A stretch of DNA of 64,000 nucleotides from the IMG/VR virus record IMGVR_UViG_2833692911_000002, positions 2,332 to 66,331 of that record; one strand, written 5' to 3'. The DNA is from a virus (taxonomy: Duplodnaviria > Caudoviricetes). The notes below the pieces were generated by a model. The model searched no databases. It was not told where the DNA came from and worked only from the letters and a program-made list of their open reading frames with translations. A program made the position numbers and the translations under genes. Of the stretch, positions 7,925 through 17,728 are shown piece by piece. Within the stretch, counting starts at the first letter, position 1, and the number at the start of each line of letters is the position of its first letter.

Positions 7925-8698
7925 ATGGCTATTTCACTTAGCAGCCTGAAGTCGACGAAGAGAGCCGACCCGCCAGTCATCTTGCTCTACGGCGTCGACG
8001 GTATCGGCAAAACCAGCCTTGCCGCCGAATTTCCTGACGCACTATATCTGCCGACGGAAGGCGAGCGCACACCGTCCGATGTCGAGCTTGTCACGCCCGG
8101 CACCATTGAAAGCTTCGACGAGCTTCTCGACGTATTCGGTGAACTTCTCACCGATGAACACGATCGAAAAACGGTCATTCTAGACAGTCTCGATGGCCTT
8201 GAGCCGCTTGTCTGGGCGGCAACCTGCCGCCGCATCGGGGTGGCCTCTATCGAAGAAGCTGGCTTCGGCAAGGGATACGTTGAGGCCGATGCTGAATGGA
8301 ATGAGCTGATGGCCGCCGTGTCTGCTCTCGCGCAACGAGGCATCTGCGTCGTGATGCTAGCGCATCCTGAAATCGTCCGTTTCGACAGTCCAGTCACCGA
8401 CCCATACAGCCGGTATCAGCCGAAGCTGCACAAGCGCGCCAATGCACTTGTCCGCGAGAAGTCTGACATCGTCGCGTTTATGAACTACCGCATCTCTATC
8501 AAGGAGAAGGAAGTCGCTCGCCAAACCAAAGTCGCGCACGCTGAGGGCGGCAAGGAGCGTCAAGTGCATTTGTCGGAAGGCGCTGGCTTCAACGCGAAGA
8601 ATCGCTACAGCATGCCGGATGCCGTGCCTTACCGAAAAGGGCAGGGCTATGCCGAACTGGCGAAGCACTTCCCGGCGCCGACGGGAGTGGCCACGTGA
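7925..8698 (+). CDS. AAA_24 / Sak4-like ATPase (recombinase)
   Basis: Walker A GVDGIGKT, Walker B VILDSLD, AKNRY motif. Confidence 0.85.
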   Translation: MAISLSSLKSTKRADPPVILLYGVDGIGKTSLAAEFPDALYLPTEGERTPSDVELVTPGTIESFDELLDVFGELLTDEHDRKTVILDSLDGLEPLVWAATCRRIGVASIEEAGFGKGYVEADAEWNELMAAVSALAQRGICVVMLAHPEIVRFDSPVTDPYSRYQPKLHKRANALVREKSDIVAFMNYRISIKEKEVARQTKVAHAEGGKERQVHLSEGAGFNAKNRYSMPDAVPYRKGQGYAELAKHFPAPTGVAT

Positions 8699-8850
8699 CC
8701 ATGTTCCGAGGCGAATCGTGGTTCGCGTGGCATCCGGTAAAAGCCCGCACCCGCTCCGGCCAACTCATTTGGGTTTGGCTTACTCATGTCTGGCGCGATC
8801 AGGCATCGACGCAATTCGGTAGGGGACCTTTCCGCTACTACCTCCGCTAA
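8695..8850 (+). CDS. Small Trp-rich phage protein (51 aa, not in ORF track)
   Basis: GTG start overlapping upstream stop; MTMFRGESWFAWHPVKAR...YYLR. Confidence 0.55.
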   Translation: MTMFRGESWFAWHPVKARTRSGQLIWVWLTHVWRDQASTQFGRGPFRYYLR

Positions 8851-8880
8851 CCACCAAATCACACCACAAGGAGACTACGC

Positions 8881-9459
8881 ATGGCCAAGATTGGCGTCAG
8901 AGTTGAAGCGACCGAAGAGAACACCCAGCAGCGCGATTTCACCAACCTGCCGAATGGCGACTACCAGCTTGAGATCAGCGCGTCCGAGATCAAGGAAAAG
9001 AACAAGGATACCCGCGACCACGCCATCAATCTGAGCGTGACAATAGACGTCCTTGCTCCCGAGGAACTCAAAGGCCGCAAGGTCTTCAACAACTACAATC
9101 TGCAGCATCCAAATCCTCAGACGCAGGAGATCGGCCAGCGCCAATTTGCCTGCCTACTGCGCTCACTCGGCCTCAACGAGGCTCCTGAAGATTCTGATGA
9201 ATTGCATTTCATCTCGTTCTTTGCCCGCATCGGAATGGGCAAGGACAGCAAGGAGAAAAATGCCGACGGTACCCCGAAGTACGCGGCGCGCAACGAGTTG
9301 AAGAAGTACTATTACCCTGATGAGGGCAACCTGCCTGAGCCGAAGGTCGATGCTGCGCCAGCCGCAGCCAACGACAATCGCCGCACCGCAGCCAGCAACG
9401 ACAACAAGCCTGCCGCTGCGGCCGCTGGCACGACGCGCCGGCCCTGGGGCAGCAAGTAA
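8881..9459 (+). CDS. DUF669-like ssDNA-binding protein
   Basis: LPNGDYQLEI...GRKVFNNYNL...RNELK; Ala-rich tail ending PW; sits next to Sak4. Confidence 0.75.
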   Translation: MAKIGVRVEATEENTQQRDFTNLPNGDYQLEISASEIKEKNKDTRDHAINLSVTIDVLAPEELKGRKVFNNYNLQHPNPQTQEIGQRQFACLLRSLGLNEAPEDSDELHFISFFARIGMGKDSKEKNADGTPKYAARNELKKYYYPDEGNLPEPKVDAAPAAANDNRRTAASNDNKPAAAAAGTTRRPWGSK

Positions 9460-9522
9460 CCCACACCAACGCGGGCTGCCTCACCAGCGGCCCGCTACTC
9501 CACCACATTTGAGGAGACACCC

Positions 9523-10572
9523 ATGCACCTTGTCGTCCACAAGGAAGACCTGACGCGTGCGCTTGCGGCCACAACGAAGGTCGTCGAGGCAAGATCCACC
9601 ATTCCCATCCTGTCGAGCGTGCAAGTTGCGGCCGCAGGTGAGGGCCTTGCGATCACCGCAACTGACCTCGATATTGTCGCCACCGCAGGCGTACCTGCTG
9701 AGGTCAGCAAGCCAGGCAACATCTGCGTCAGCGCGAAGCTGCTCAACGACATCGCACGCAAGGCAACCGGCGACATCACCATGACGCTGGATGGTGACAA
9801 GCTTCTGGTGAAGTCCGGACGGTCGCGCTTTTCTCTTGCTACGCTGTCAGCAGATGACTTCCCAACGCTCGGCAACGAAAAGTTCGACGCTGAATTCGAG
9901 ATCGATTTGGCCGCGCTGTTCGCGCCGGTTTCGTTTGCGATCTCGACAGAGGAAACACGCTATTATCTGAACGGCGTGTTCTTCAGGGGCGGCAAGTCAG
10001 AAGCGGTCGCCACCGATGGCCACCGTCTCGGGCGTCACATCGGCCCGGATCTGCCAGCCTTCGAGGGCATTATCGTCCCGCGCAAGACAGTCGGCTTGCT
10101 TCCGAAGGGCAAGGTGCAGGTCGCAGTCAGCCAGCAGAAAATCCGCATTGTGTCGGACGACGTGCGCATTACGTCAAAGCTGATCGACGGCACATTCCCC
10201 GACTACGAGCGTGTCATTCCGAAGAGCAACAAACGCGTCGTTACCGTCGACCGGGACGCGCTCATGAAGGCGTCGGATCGCGTGTCGACCGTGTCGTCTG
10301 AGCGTGGCCGTGCCGTAAAGTTCAGCATTGCGCCAGGTAGCATCGCGCTTGCTGTTGCGGCCGGCGAGGCATCAGCAAATGACGAAGTCGAAGCGGAGTA
10401 CAGCGGCGAGCCGATGGATATCGGTTTCAACGCCGCCTACGTCCGCGACGTTCTGAGCGTATTGCCATCGGGTCCTGTCAAGCTGGCTTTGCAGGATGGT
10501 GGCACACCGGGGCTGATCACGTCCGACGGCTTCGAGGGGCTGACGCTCGTTTGCATGCCGATGAGGGTGTAG
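9523..10572 (+). CDS. dnaN: DNA polymerase III beta sliding clamp (phage copy)
   Basis: ATDLD, ETRYYLNGV, ATDGHRL, LIDGTFPDYERVIP, IGFNAAYV, MPMRV. Confidence 0.95.
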   Translation: MHLVVHKEDLTRALAATTKVVEARSTIPILSSVQVAAAGEGLAITATDLDIVATAGVPAEVSKPGNICVSAKLLNDIARKATGDITMTLDGDKLLVKSGRSRFSLATLSADDFPTLGNEKFDAEFEIDLAALFAPVSFAISTEETRYYLNGVFFRGGKSEAVATDGHRLGRHIGPDLPAFEGIIVPRKTVGLLPKGKVQVAVSQQKIRIVSDDVRITSKLIDGTFPDYERVIPKSNKRVVTVDRDALMKASDRVSTVSSERGRAVKFSIAPGSIALAVAAGEASANDEVEAEYSGEPMDIGFNAAYVRDVLSVLPSGPVKLALQDGGTPGLITSDGFEGLTLVCMPMRV

Positions 10573-10616
10573 ACGATGGCCGCCATTATATTTTTCGCGT
10601 CTGGAGTGGGGTCATA

Positions 10617-11546
10617 ATGGCTCCATTACCACGCGCCGAATCCAGCACGGTAAGAGCGATCTACGCTGCCTACGAAGCCGCAGCCTCGTCATGGGATAGC
10701 CTCGGCATATCCGTTGGCGAGGCTAATAATCCATGTGATCGCGCCCTTTGGTACGCGTTCCGCTGGGCTTCACCGCTGGAAAAGCACCACGGCCGCCAGC
10801 TGCGTCTGTTCGAAACTGGCAACATTGAGGAAGACCGGCTTGTCGCCGACCTCGAGCGTATCGGCGTCGATGTCTACGGCCAGCAAGCCAAGATCAGGCT
10901 GGTGCAGGGCCACGTCCGAGGCAAGTGCGACGGCAAAGCCATGGGCGTCGTTGAGGCGCCGAAGACTGAGCATCTGCTCGAATTCAAATCGAGCAACGCC
11001 AAGAGCATGAAGGAGATCGTTAAGAAGGGCTGCAAGGAAGCCAAGCCGCTTCACTACGGCCAGTGCCAGCTTGGGATGCATGCCTTCGGTCTGTCACGCT
11101 GCCTCTACCTGGTCAGCTGCAAAGATGACGATACGCTCTATGCCGAGCGCATCGAATACGATCCTGAGTTCTGTCTGCGCCTTCTGGCGCGGTTAGAGCA
11201 CATCATCAATTCGCCTGAGCCACCGTCTCGCATCAACGAGGCCGCAGACTGGTTCGAATGCACTTTCTGCAAGCACAAGCCTGTCTGCAAGGAGAGCGCT
11301 TGGCCTCGCGTCACATGCAGGTCGTGCATCCACTCGTCACCAGAGATGGGCGGCGACGGGCACTGGTCCTGCGCGCGATGGGCAAAGCCGATCTCGTTCG
11401 ACGAGCAGAAGGAAGGCTGCCCGACGCATCTGACGATCCCGGCGCTCGTGCCCGGCGAACAAACGGATTGCGACGAGGAAGCCGAGACGATCACGTATGT
11501 GCTGCGAGACGGCACGACATGGATTGATGGCGCCACCAACGCCTGA
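10617..11546 (+). CDS. Cas4-like PD-(D/E)xK exonuclease
   Basis: CDRALWY...GKCDG...LLEFKS...QCQLGM; C-terminal CxxCxxxxxC cluster. Confidence 0.8.
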   Translation: MAPLPRAESSTVRAIYAAYEAAASSWDSLGISVGEANNPCDRALWYAFRWASPLEKHHGRQLRLFETGNIEEDRLVADLERIGVDVYGQQAKIRLVQGHVRGKCDGKAMGVVEAPKTEHLLEFKSSNAKSMKEIVKKGCKEAKPLHYGQCQLGMHAFGLSRCLYLVSCKDDDTLYAERIEYDPEFCLRLLARLEHIINSPEPPSRINEAADWFECTFCKHKPVCKESAWPRVTCRSCIHSSPEMGGDGHWSCARWAKPISFDEQKEGCPTHLTIPALVPGEQTDCDEEAETITYVLRDGTTWIDGATNA

Positions 11547-11569
11547 CGACACCACATGAGGAGACCACC

Positions 11570-12106
11570 ATGCCGCTTGTAGCACGCACGCCGCTTGTCG
11601 CTGCCAACGACAACAACCCGCGCAGTCCCGAGTTCGACCGCAAGCTGCTGGCTTACGAGCCGGCTTTGCGAAGACTGGCACGAAAGATCACCAAGAACGA
11701 CGACGCGGCAGACGAGCTGTTTCAGTCGGCGATGGTCGTCATGTTGCGCCGTCATCGCGAATGCCGCATCGAGACCTTCTGGACGTGGGCGGTCCTCTGC
11801 GTTCGGGGGACCGCGCAGGAGTTCGTTCGCACCAATTCCACCAAGTCGCGCTCTGCAGAAATCTGCAGTCTCTCGGCATTCGAAGAATTGCCGGGTTCCA
11901 CTGATCCGCATCAGGAGGAGGGCACCGACTTGTCGCGCGTTGTCTCCCTGCTGGAAGGCCGCAATGGCACTATGCTGATGCGCAGGGCGATGGGTGAGAC
12001 GCTGGAAGCCATTGGCAACGACCATGGCCTCACAAAGGAGCGCGTGCGCCAGATCGTCATCAATGAGCGGGCGAGGGTGCTTGGGCTGCTGCGGGAGGTG
12101 GCTTGA
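11570..12106 (+). CDS. Sigma-70 family (ECF-like) factor
   Basis: Region 2-like DDAADELFQ; region 4 GETLEAIGNDHGLTKERVRQI. Confidence 0.75.
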   Translation: MPLVARTPLVAANDNNPRSPEFDRKLLAYEPALRRLARKITKNDDAADELFQSAMVVMLRRHRECRIETFWTWAVLCVRGTAQEFVRTNSTKSRSAEICSLSAFEELPGSTDPHQEEGTDLSRVVSLLEGRNGTMLMRRAMGETLEAIGNDHGLTKERVRQIVINERARVLGLLREVA

Positions 12107-12451
12107 ATGCGCGTGGTGGTTACAGGCGGGCGCGATTATTGCGAGACCGAGCGCACCTTTGCCGCTCTTGATGCGGTGCATGAGCGGACGCCTATCACAG
12201 TCCTTATCGAGGGCGAGGCTCGCGGCCTTGATGTCAGAGCCAAGGCGTGGGCGGTACGTCGCGGAGTGCCTTACGAAGCATATCCAGCCGACTGGGAAAC
12301 TCTCGGCAAGGCTGCTGGCGGAATCAGGAACCAGCAGATGATCGACCAAGGAAAGCCTGACTATGGCGTCGTCTTCCCAGGTGGACGCGGCACAGCAGAT
12401 ATGCGCGGCCGGTTGATAGCGGTCGGCATCCCGTTCGAAGAGGTGAAGTAA
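12107..12451 (+). CDS. DUF2493 / SLOG family protein
   Basis: RVVVTGGRDY...EGEARGLD...AGGIRNQQM...FPGGRGTADM. Confidence 0.85.
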   Translation: MRVVVTGGRDYCETERTFAALDAVHERTPITVLIEGEARGLDVRAKAWAVRRGVPYEAYPADWETLGKAAGGIRNQQMIDQGKPDYGVVFPGGRGTADMRGRLIAVGIPFEEVK

Positions 12452-14205
12452 TGCTTTCCTTACGCCACTACCAGGAAGAAGCAGAAAACGCCGTTTTCGA
12501 CTATTGGTCAACGACTGCTGGCAATCCGCTCGTTGATCTTGCGACCGGCTGCGGCAAGTCGCTGCTCATGGCTTCGCTCATCAAGAGGCTGGTCGAAGGC
12601 TGGCCGGACATGCGCATCCTTGTCGCTACCCACGTCGCTGAACTGATCGAGCAAAATTACCTTGAACTGCTCGGCATTTGGCCGTTTGCGCCGGCGGGGA
12701 TTTTCTCTGCTGGCCTTGGTCGTCGTGACGCGCGTAGCCAGATCATCTTCGCAGGCATCCAGACCGTGCACAGCAAAGCTTCGCTCATCGGGCATATCGA
12801 CGTGCTGATGGTGGACGAGTGCCATTTGATCCCTGCCAACAGCAACACCATGTACGGCCGCTTTATCGCGGCCCTGCGCGCCATCAATCCAGACATGAAG
12901 ATCCTGGGGCTCACCGCCACGCCTTACCGGCTGGACACAGGCCGGCTGGATGAGGGCGACGATCGGCTGTTCGACCAGATCGTCTACACCTACGGAATCG
13001 CCGACGGTGTTGCTGACGGATATCTTGCGCCGCTTTCGTCCAAGGCTACTGCCACGACGTTCGACATGAAGGGCGTCGGCAGGCAGGGCGGCGATTACAA
13101 GCAGTCAGCGTTGCAGGCTGCCGTGGACAAGATGGACGTCACTCGCTCCGCCGTAGATGAGATCGTTGCCAAAGGCGCCGACCGCAAGTCGTGGCTTTGC
13201 TTCTGCTCGGGTGTCGAGCACGCCGAGCACGTGCGGGACGAGATCCGTTCGCGTGGCATCTCCTGCGAAATGATTAGCGGCGAAACGCCGAAGGACGAGC
13301 GCCGGCGCATCATCGAGGACTTCAAGTCTTACAAGATCCGTGCGCTCACCAACAACTCGGTGCTGACGACCGGCTTTAACCACAAGGGCGTTGATCTGAT
13401 CGCAGCCCTTCGCCCGACGTTGTCGGTGTCGCTTTACGTGCAGATGATGGGCCGCGGCACCCGCGTGATATACGCGCCAGGCATGCCGCTGGACACGCCT
13501 CAGGAGCGCATTGCTGCGATCAAGGCCGGTCCGAAACCGTCGTGCCTCGTGCTGGATTTCGCCGGGCTCGTTGACAAGCATGGACCGGTCGACATGGTGC
13601 AGCCAAAGACGCCCAACAAGGGCGACGGAGAGGCGCCTGTGAAGGTGTGCCCGTTCGACGTCGAGGATAAGAACGGACGTTTTGGCTGTGGCGAGAAGGT
13701 GCACGCCTCCGCACGTTCGTGCTCTTGCTGTGGATATGAGTTCGACATCGATGACAGCCCGAAGATTACTGCGACGGCGGCCGACACGCCAATCATGTCA
13801 ACGGCTGAGCCAGAACCCCGCACCGTCACGTCGCGCAGCTTCTACTACCACGAAGGGAAGGGCGACAAGCCGCCGTCGGTGAAGGTCAGCTACATGGTTG
13901 GCATGACGGCGATCAACGAGTGGGTTTGTCCGCAACATAGCGGATTCCCGAAGTCGAAGGCCGACCGATACTGGCGCGCGCACGGCGGCAAGATGCCGTT
14001 TCCAAAGACGGTGCTGGAATGGATCGAGCGTCAGTCCGAACTGGCCGACACGGTCGAGATCACGGTGAAGCCACGCCAGAAGTATTGGGACGTCGTGGGG
14101 CACGTGGTTGGTGCGGCAAATGATAACAGGGTGTCGCCGGCTAATGACAATGTGCCGGAAGACGAGGATTGGCGGGTGCTGATGGACGATGACGTGCCTT
14201 TTTGA
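12451..14205 (+). CDS. Superfamily II DExH helicase
   Basis: ATGCGKS, DECH, LTATP, QMMGRGTR; zinc ribbon; two ANDN motifs in tail. Confidence 0.92.
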   Translation: MLSLRHYQEEAENAVFDYWSTTAGNPLVDLATGCGKSLLMASLIKRLVEGWPDMRILVATHVAELIEQNYLELLGIWPFAPAGIFSAGLGRRDARSQIIFAGIQTVHSKASLIGHIDVLMVDECHLIPANSNTMYGRFIAALRAINPDMKILGLTATPYRLDTGRLDEGDDRLFDQIVYTYGIADGVADGYLAPLSSKATATTFDMKGVGRQGGDYKQSALQAAVDKMDVTRSAVDEIVAKGADRKSWLCFCSGVEHAEHVRDEIRSRGISCEMISGETPKDERRRIIEDFKSYKIRALTNNSVLTTGFNHKGVDLIAALRPTLSVSLYVQMMGRGTRVIYAPGMPLDTPQERIAAIKAGPKPSCLVLDFAGLVDKHGPVDMVQPKTPNKGDGEAPVKVCPFDVEDKNGRFGCGEKVHASARSCSCCGYEFDIDDSPKITATAADTPIMSTAEPEPRTVTSRSFYYHEGKGDKPPSVKVSYMVGMTAINEWVCPQHSGFPKSKADRYWRAHGGKMPFPKTVLEWIERQSELADTVEITVKPRQKYWDVVGHVVGAANDNRVSPANDNVPEDEDWRVLMDDDVPF

Positions 14206-14219
14206 CTGCGGCGCAAGTC

Positions 14220-14248
14220 TTGACAAATTTGTAAAAACGGTTTAGCTT
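14220..14248 (+). promoter_or_regulatory. Early promoter with ACAAATTTGT operator (copy 2)
   Basis: TTGACA-17-TAGCTT; palindrome 14223-14232. Confidence 0.8.
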
Positions 14249-14295
14249 CAAATTCTACGCCACACCAATGGCGTCACCACATTGAGGAGATAAGA

Positions 14296-14802
14296 ATGAG
14301 CAGAAGAAACATCTGGTTCATCAGTGATACCCATTTCGGGCACAACAACATTATTGGATATTGCCGCCTGCACTTTTCGTCAGTGGATGAAATGGAAAGC
14401 GCGATCATCGAGAACTGGAACAATGCAGTGAGGCCTGATGATCTTGTTTATCATCTTGGCGACTTCGCTTGGAAAACTGCCGACGCGAAACGCGTTCGCC
14501 CACTGCTGAATGGTGCAATTCGTCTCATCGTGGGTAATCACGATGACATACCATCGCTTGCTGCAGCGGGTCTGTTCCAACGCATCTATCTATGGAAGCA
14601 ATTCCGCGACCTCGGCTTTACCGCTTCCCATATTCCCATGCGCCTCGATCAGCTTCGCCATGGCGCGAAAAACCTGCACGGCCATGTGCACGGCGATCTC
14701 ACCGGGCTAGAACCATTCCATCGCGATGTTTCGGTTGAGAGCATCGGCTACAAGCCGGTGCATATGGACGAGATCGTTGCATGGGCAGGAGCCACAGCAT
14801 GA
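14296..14802 (+). CDS. Calcineurin-like metallophosphoesterase
   Basis: SDTHFGH, HLGD, GNHD, HGHVH. Confidence 0.9.
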   Translation: MSRRNIWFISDTHFGHNNIIGYCRLHFSSVDEMESAIIENWNNAVRPDDLVYHLGDFAWKTADAKRVRPLLNGAIRLIVGNHDDIPSLAAAGLFQRIYLWKQFRDLGFTASHIPMRLDQLRHGAKNLHGHVHGDLTGLEPFHRDVSVESIGYKPVHMDEIVAWAGATA

Positions 14803-15320
14803 CCAAACCAGCCAACGACAACTATTTGGCCGCCGACGTCGCCAACCTAGAAGCGCTTTTCGCCGATATGCTCGCCGCCTATCCGGAGTTGGAGGCGGAT
14901 GAAGAACTTCGCGCTGATATGCTGGAAGGCGAAACCAACTTCCACGCTGTCCTGACGCGCCTTGTCAATGGCGAGCGCGATGCCGATAGCCTGGCAAAGG
15001 CCGTGGCCGGCCGCATCTCCGACCTGCAAGCGCGGAAGTCTCGCGCCGAGCGCCGCAAGGAGGCCATGCGCAGCTTGATGTTCAAGCTGCTGAAAGCCGC
15101 AGGGGTACCGCGCGTGCCGCTCGCCGAGGCAACAATCTCCATCGGCAAGAAAGCTGCATCTGTTGAGATCATCGACGAGGCGCTGCTGCCTGCGGAAGTG
15201 GTGCGCATCACCACCGCGCCGGACAAGAAGGCCACCGCCGACCTTCTCAAGGCGGGCACAGACGTGCCGGGAGCAAAGATAGGTGAGGCGGGTGAGCAGC
15301 TGTCGGTCCGCGTCGCATGA
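14799..15320 (+). CDS. Siphovirus Gp157 family protein
   Basis: Coiled coil then VEIIDEALLP...PDKKA...VPGA. Confidence 0.75.
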   Translation: MTKPANDNYLAADVANLEALFADMLAAYPELEADEELRADMLEGETNFHAVLTRLVNGERDADSLAKAVAGRISDLQARKSRAERRKEAMRSLMFKLLKAAGVPRVPLAEATISIGKKAASVEIIDEALLPAEVVRITTAPDKKATADLLKAGTDVPGAKIGEAGEQLSVRVA

Positions 15321-15592
15321 CGAGCAAGAGACACGAGGAAATAAAAGACGAGGGCGTTTGCCCTCGCTGTGATGAGCATGAGCTTTACCGCGAAAGCGCG
15401 GACGTTGGAGTTGGTATTATCTATGGTCCGTGGGGATGCCCATGCTGTGGGTGGTCGGAGTCAGAGCAGTACGACTTGGAATTCGGAGGAGGCCTGCAAG
15501 AAAACGGGTCCTACCTTGATCCATATGGCGGCCTCACACCCGCAGAAAATCCCATCGCAAAGATGCTCGCTGCGGAGGCAAAAACCGCATGA
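15317..15592 (+). CDS. Zinc-ribbon hypothetical protein
   Basis: CPRC...CPCC; ATGA coupling. Confidence 0.7.
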   Translation: MTSKRHEEIKDEGVCPRCDEHELYRESADVGVGIIYGPWGCPCCGWSESEQYDLEFGGGLQENGSYLDPYGGLTPAENPIAKMLAAEAKTA

Positions 15593-15873
15593 CCAAAACC
15601 ATCATGATCGCCCACGGTAGTGCAGCTGTTCAGGCTGCGCGCATCATCGCGGCAGTAGCGAAGGAACGCGAAGATAAAGCGCGCGGCTATGAGTTGGCCG
15701 CGCAGTGGCATGACAAGCAGGAGAAGGCTTGCCGTGAGATTGCCGGCGATGACCCTCGCATTGATGCATCGATGAGAGCGAAGGCTGCCGTAGCGGCCAT
15801 TCATCATGGGGCGAGTGCGGCTGGCCTTCGTAATGCGGCGTCAGACATTCGGAGGAAAAGCCTCAATGAGTAG
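15589..15873 (+). CDS. Hypothetical protein
   Basis: Translationally coupled ORF. Confidence 0.65.
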   Translation: MTKTIMIAHGSAAVQAARIIAAVAKEREDKARGYELAAQWHDKQEKACREIAGDDPRIDASMRAKAAVAAIHHGASAAGLRNAASDIRRKSLNE

Positions 15874-16090
15874 TAGCCATTACATCATCGTGGCCCGCAA
15901 CGACGAGACCGGTGAAGTCCAACTACCGCTCGAGAACATGACGCTCTACGGCATGGGAAAAGACCCTGAAACAGGCGAGTACGAGGAGGAGAGCTTGGTC
16001 CGAACATGCGCCGCAACATATGGGCATGAGTGGACGCTAACACTCTACGGTCCTATCGGCGCATCGTATGGCGGCACCGCCAAAAGCTGA
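15866..16090 (+). CDS. Hypothetical protein
   Basis: ATG after GGAGG, overlaps upstream stop. Confidence 0.6.
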   Translation: MSSSHYIIVARNDETGEVQLPLENMTLYGMGKDPETGEYEEESLVRTCAATYGHEWTLTLYGPIGASYGGTAKS

Positions 16091-16178
16091 CCAATATCTG
16101 CATACATTTTTTGGACACCCGCCGCGCCACCAACGCGGCTTCCGCTTCGGCGGGAACACCACAGTCCGAGGAGACAAT

Positions 16179-16745
16179 ATGAACCCATTACCAGAGGGGC
16201 GCTTTGGCGCCATACTGGCGGACCCGCCTTGGTCTTTCAGAACCTACGCCAACGACAATGTCGCGCCCGCTCGAGGTGCGCAGCCTTATGCCGTGATGTC
16301 GCTTGCCGATATTGCGGCGCTGCCCATTTCCGACGTCGCTGCAAAGGACTGCCTGCTCTTCATGTGGACGGTCAGTCACCTCCAGCGTGAAGCTTTTGAT
16401 GTTGCAGCATCGTGGGGCTTCAAGCCTGTCTCGTTGGCTTTCATCTGGGATAAGGGCCGCATGGGAATGGGCTACTGGACCCGGCAGGAGGTCGAGGTCT
16501 GCCATCTTTTCAAGCGCGGCAAGCCGAAGCGGCTGAGCCGCGGAGTGCGGTCGGTCATCCGCGCGCCTCGCCGCGAACATTCCCGCAAGCCTGATGAGCA
16601 GTACGGGCGCATCCAATCCTTGGTCGCTGGTCCGTATCTTGAGCTGTTTGCGAGACAGGCGTGGCCAGGTTGGTCTGCCTGGGGCAATCAGGTGGGGAAG
16701 TTTGAAGCGGCCAAAGATAACGCGGAGATGCAGGCATGCGCGTGA
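16179..16745 (+). CDS. MT-A70 family N6-adenine methyltransferase
   Basis: ILADPPW, LFMW, HSRKP, YLELFAR, WGNQ; start set by CACCAC-GAGGAGA leader. Confidence 0.9.
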   Translation: MNPLPEGRFGAILADPPWSFRTYANDNVAPARGAQPYAVMSLADIAALPISDVAAKDCLLFMWTVSHLQREAFDVAASWGFKPVSLAFIWDKGRMGMGYWTRQEVEVCHLFKRGKPKRLSRGVRSVIRAPRREHSRKPDEQYGRIQSLVAGPYLELFARQAWPGWSAWGNQVGKFEAAKDNAEMQACA

Positions 16746-17728
16746 GCACGGATGCACGAATGCATTATCACCCGGCCGCGACACTAGACCTCTTTTATAC
16801 CTACCTCTGGCGTGATGCTTCAGGAGTGCCTTTTTATGTCGGCAAGGGTAAAGGAAGGCGCGCTTGGGTCACAACCCAGCGATCGAAGTTGTTCAAGGAA
16901 ATACACGCGCGGGGCGGATGCACGGTAGAGATAATTGACTACTTCATCCACGAGTCGCAGGCCCATGCTCATGAAATGGCGTTGATTTCGCGCTACGGTA
17001 GACTGGACAACGATTCCGGAAGCTTGGTCAATCTAACAGATGGCGGAGAGGGTAACTCTGGATGGGTTGCTAGTGAAGAGACGCGAGCCAAAATATCAAA
17101 GGCTGCTATTGGAAGGACTGCCTCTGTCTCCACAAAAGCGCTTATTTCCGCCGCCCACAAAGGACGAAAACTACGGCCAGAGCATGTGGCAAAAATAGCA
17201 AGAGCGAACACTGGAAGAAGGCACACAGAAGAGGCGAAAGCAAAAGTTAGCGCTGCCAACCTAGGGAATACATATGCGCTAGGGACTGTTCGTAGCGCAG
17301 ACACTAGAGCCAAGATATCGGCGTCGAAGAAAGGGCAAGCCTCAAGAACGGGGGCGATCCTGTCTACCGAGACCCGCGCCAAGATAGCCGCGTCACTTCG
17401 AGGTCGCAAATTAAGCGAGGACCATCGCGCGAAACTCTCAGCTGTAGGTTCAGGCGTGCCGAAAACATCCGAACATGTCTCAAGCGTGATGATGGCGCTC
17501 CATCTGGTTCCTCCTCGGGCTGATAGTTCGTCCGGGTACAAAGGAGTTTCCAGCCAGCGTGGTCGGTGGGCTGCAAGGATTACCGTTAATGGAGTTCGAC
17601 GGAACGTTGGGCGCTACGGCTCTGCTGAAGATGCCGCTAGAGCTTATGATTCAGCAGCTATCGAAGCATGGGGGCGAGGGAATTGCTATCTGAATTTTCC
17701 TGACGATCACGTGGGGGAAAAAGCATGA
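16736..17728 (+). CDS. Free-standing homing endonuclease, GIY-YIG-like + NUMOD3 repeats + AP2 domain
   Basis: FYTYLW...FYVGKG; repeated ETRAKIS; SGYKGV...WAARI...AARAYD...LNFP. Confidence 0.85.
   Translation: MRVSTDARMHYHPAATLDLFYTYLWRDASGVPFYVGKGKGRRAWVTTQRSKLFKEIHARGGCTVEIIDYFIHESQAHAHEMALISRYGRLDNDSGSLVNLTDGGEGNSGWVASEETRAKISKAAIGRTASVSTKALISAAHKGRKLRPEHVAKIARANTGRRHTEEAKAKVSAANLGNTYALGTVRSADTRAKISASKKGQASRTGAILSTETRAKIAASLRGRKLSEDHRAKLSAVGSGVPKTSEHVSSVMMALHLVPPRADSSSGYKGVSSQRGRWAARITVNGVRRNVGRYGSAEDAARAYDSAAIEAWGRGNCYLNFPDDHVGEKA

Noticed and set aside
10617-11546. Cas4-like gene as part of a CRISPR-Cas system
   Set aside because: No array or other cas genes; it sits in a standard phage recombination module
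11138-12511. Long antisense ORFs (also 32363-33550, 29987-30931, 6019-6966)
   Set aside because: Shadow frames of GC-rich sense genes with no recognisable motifs or RBS
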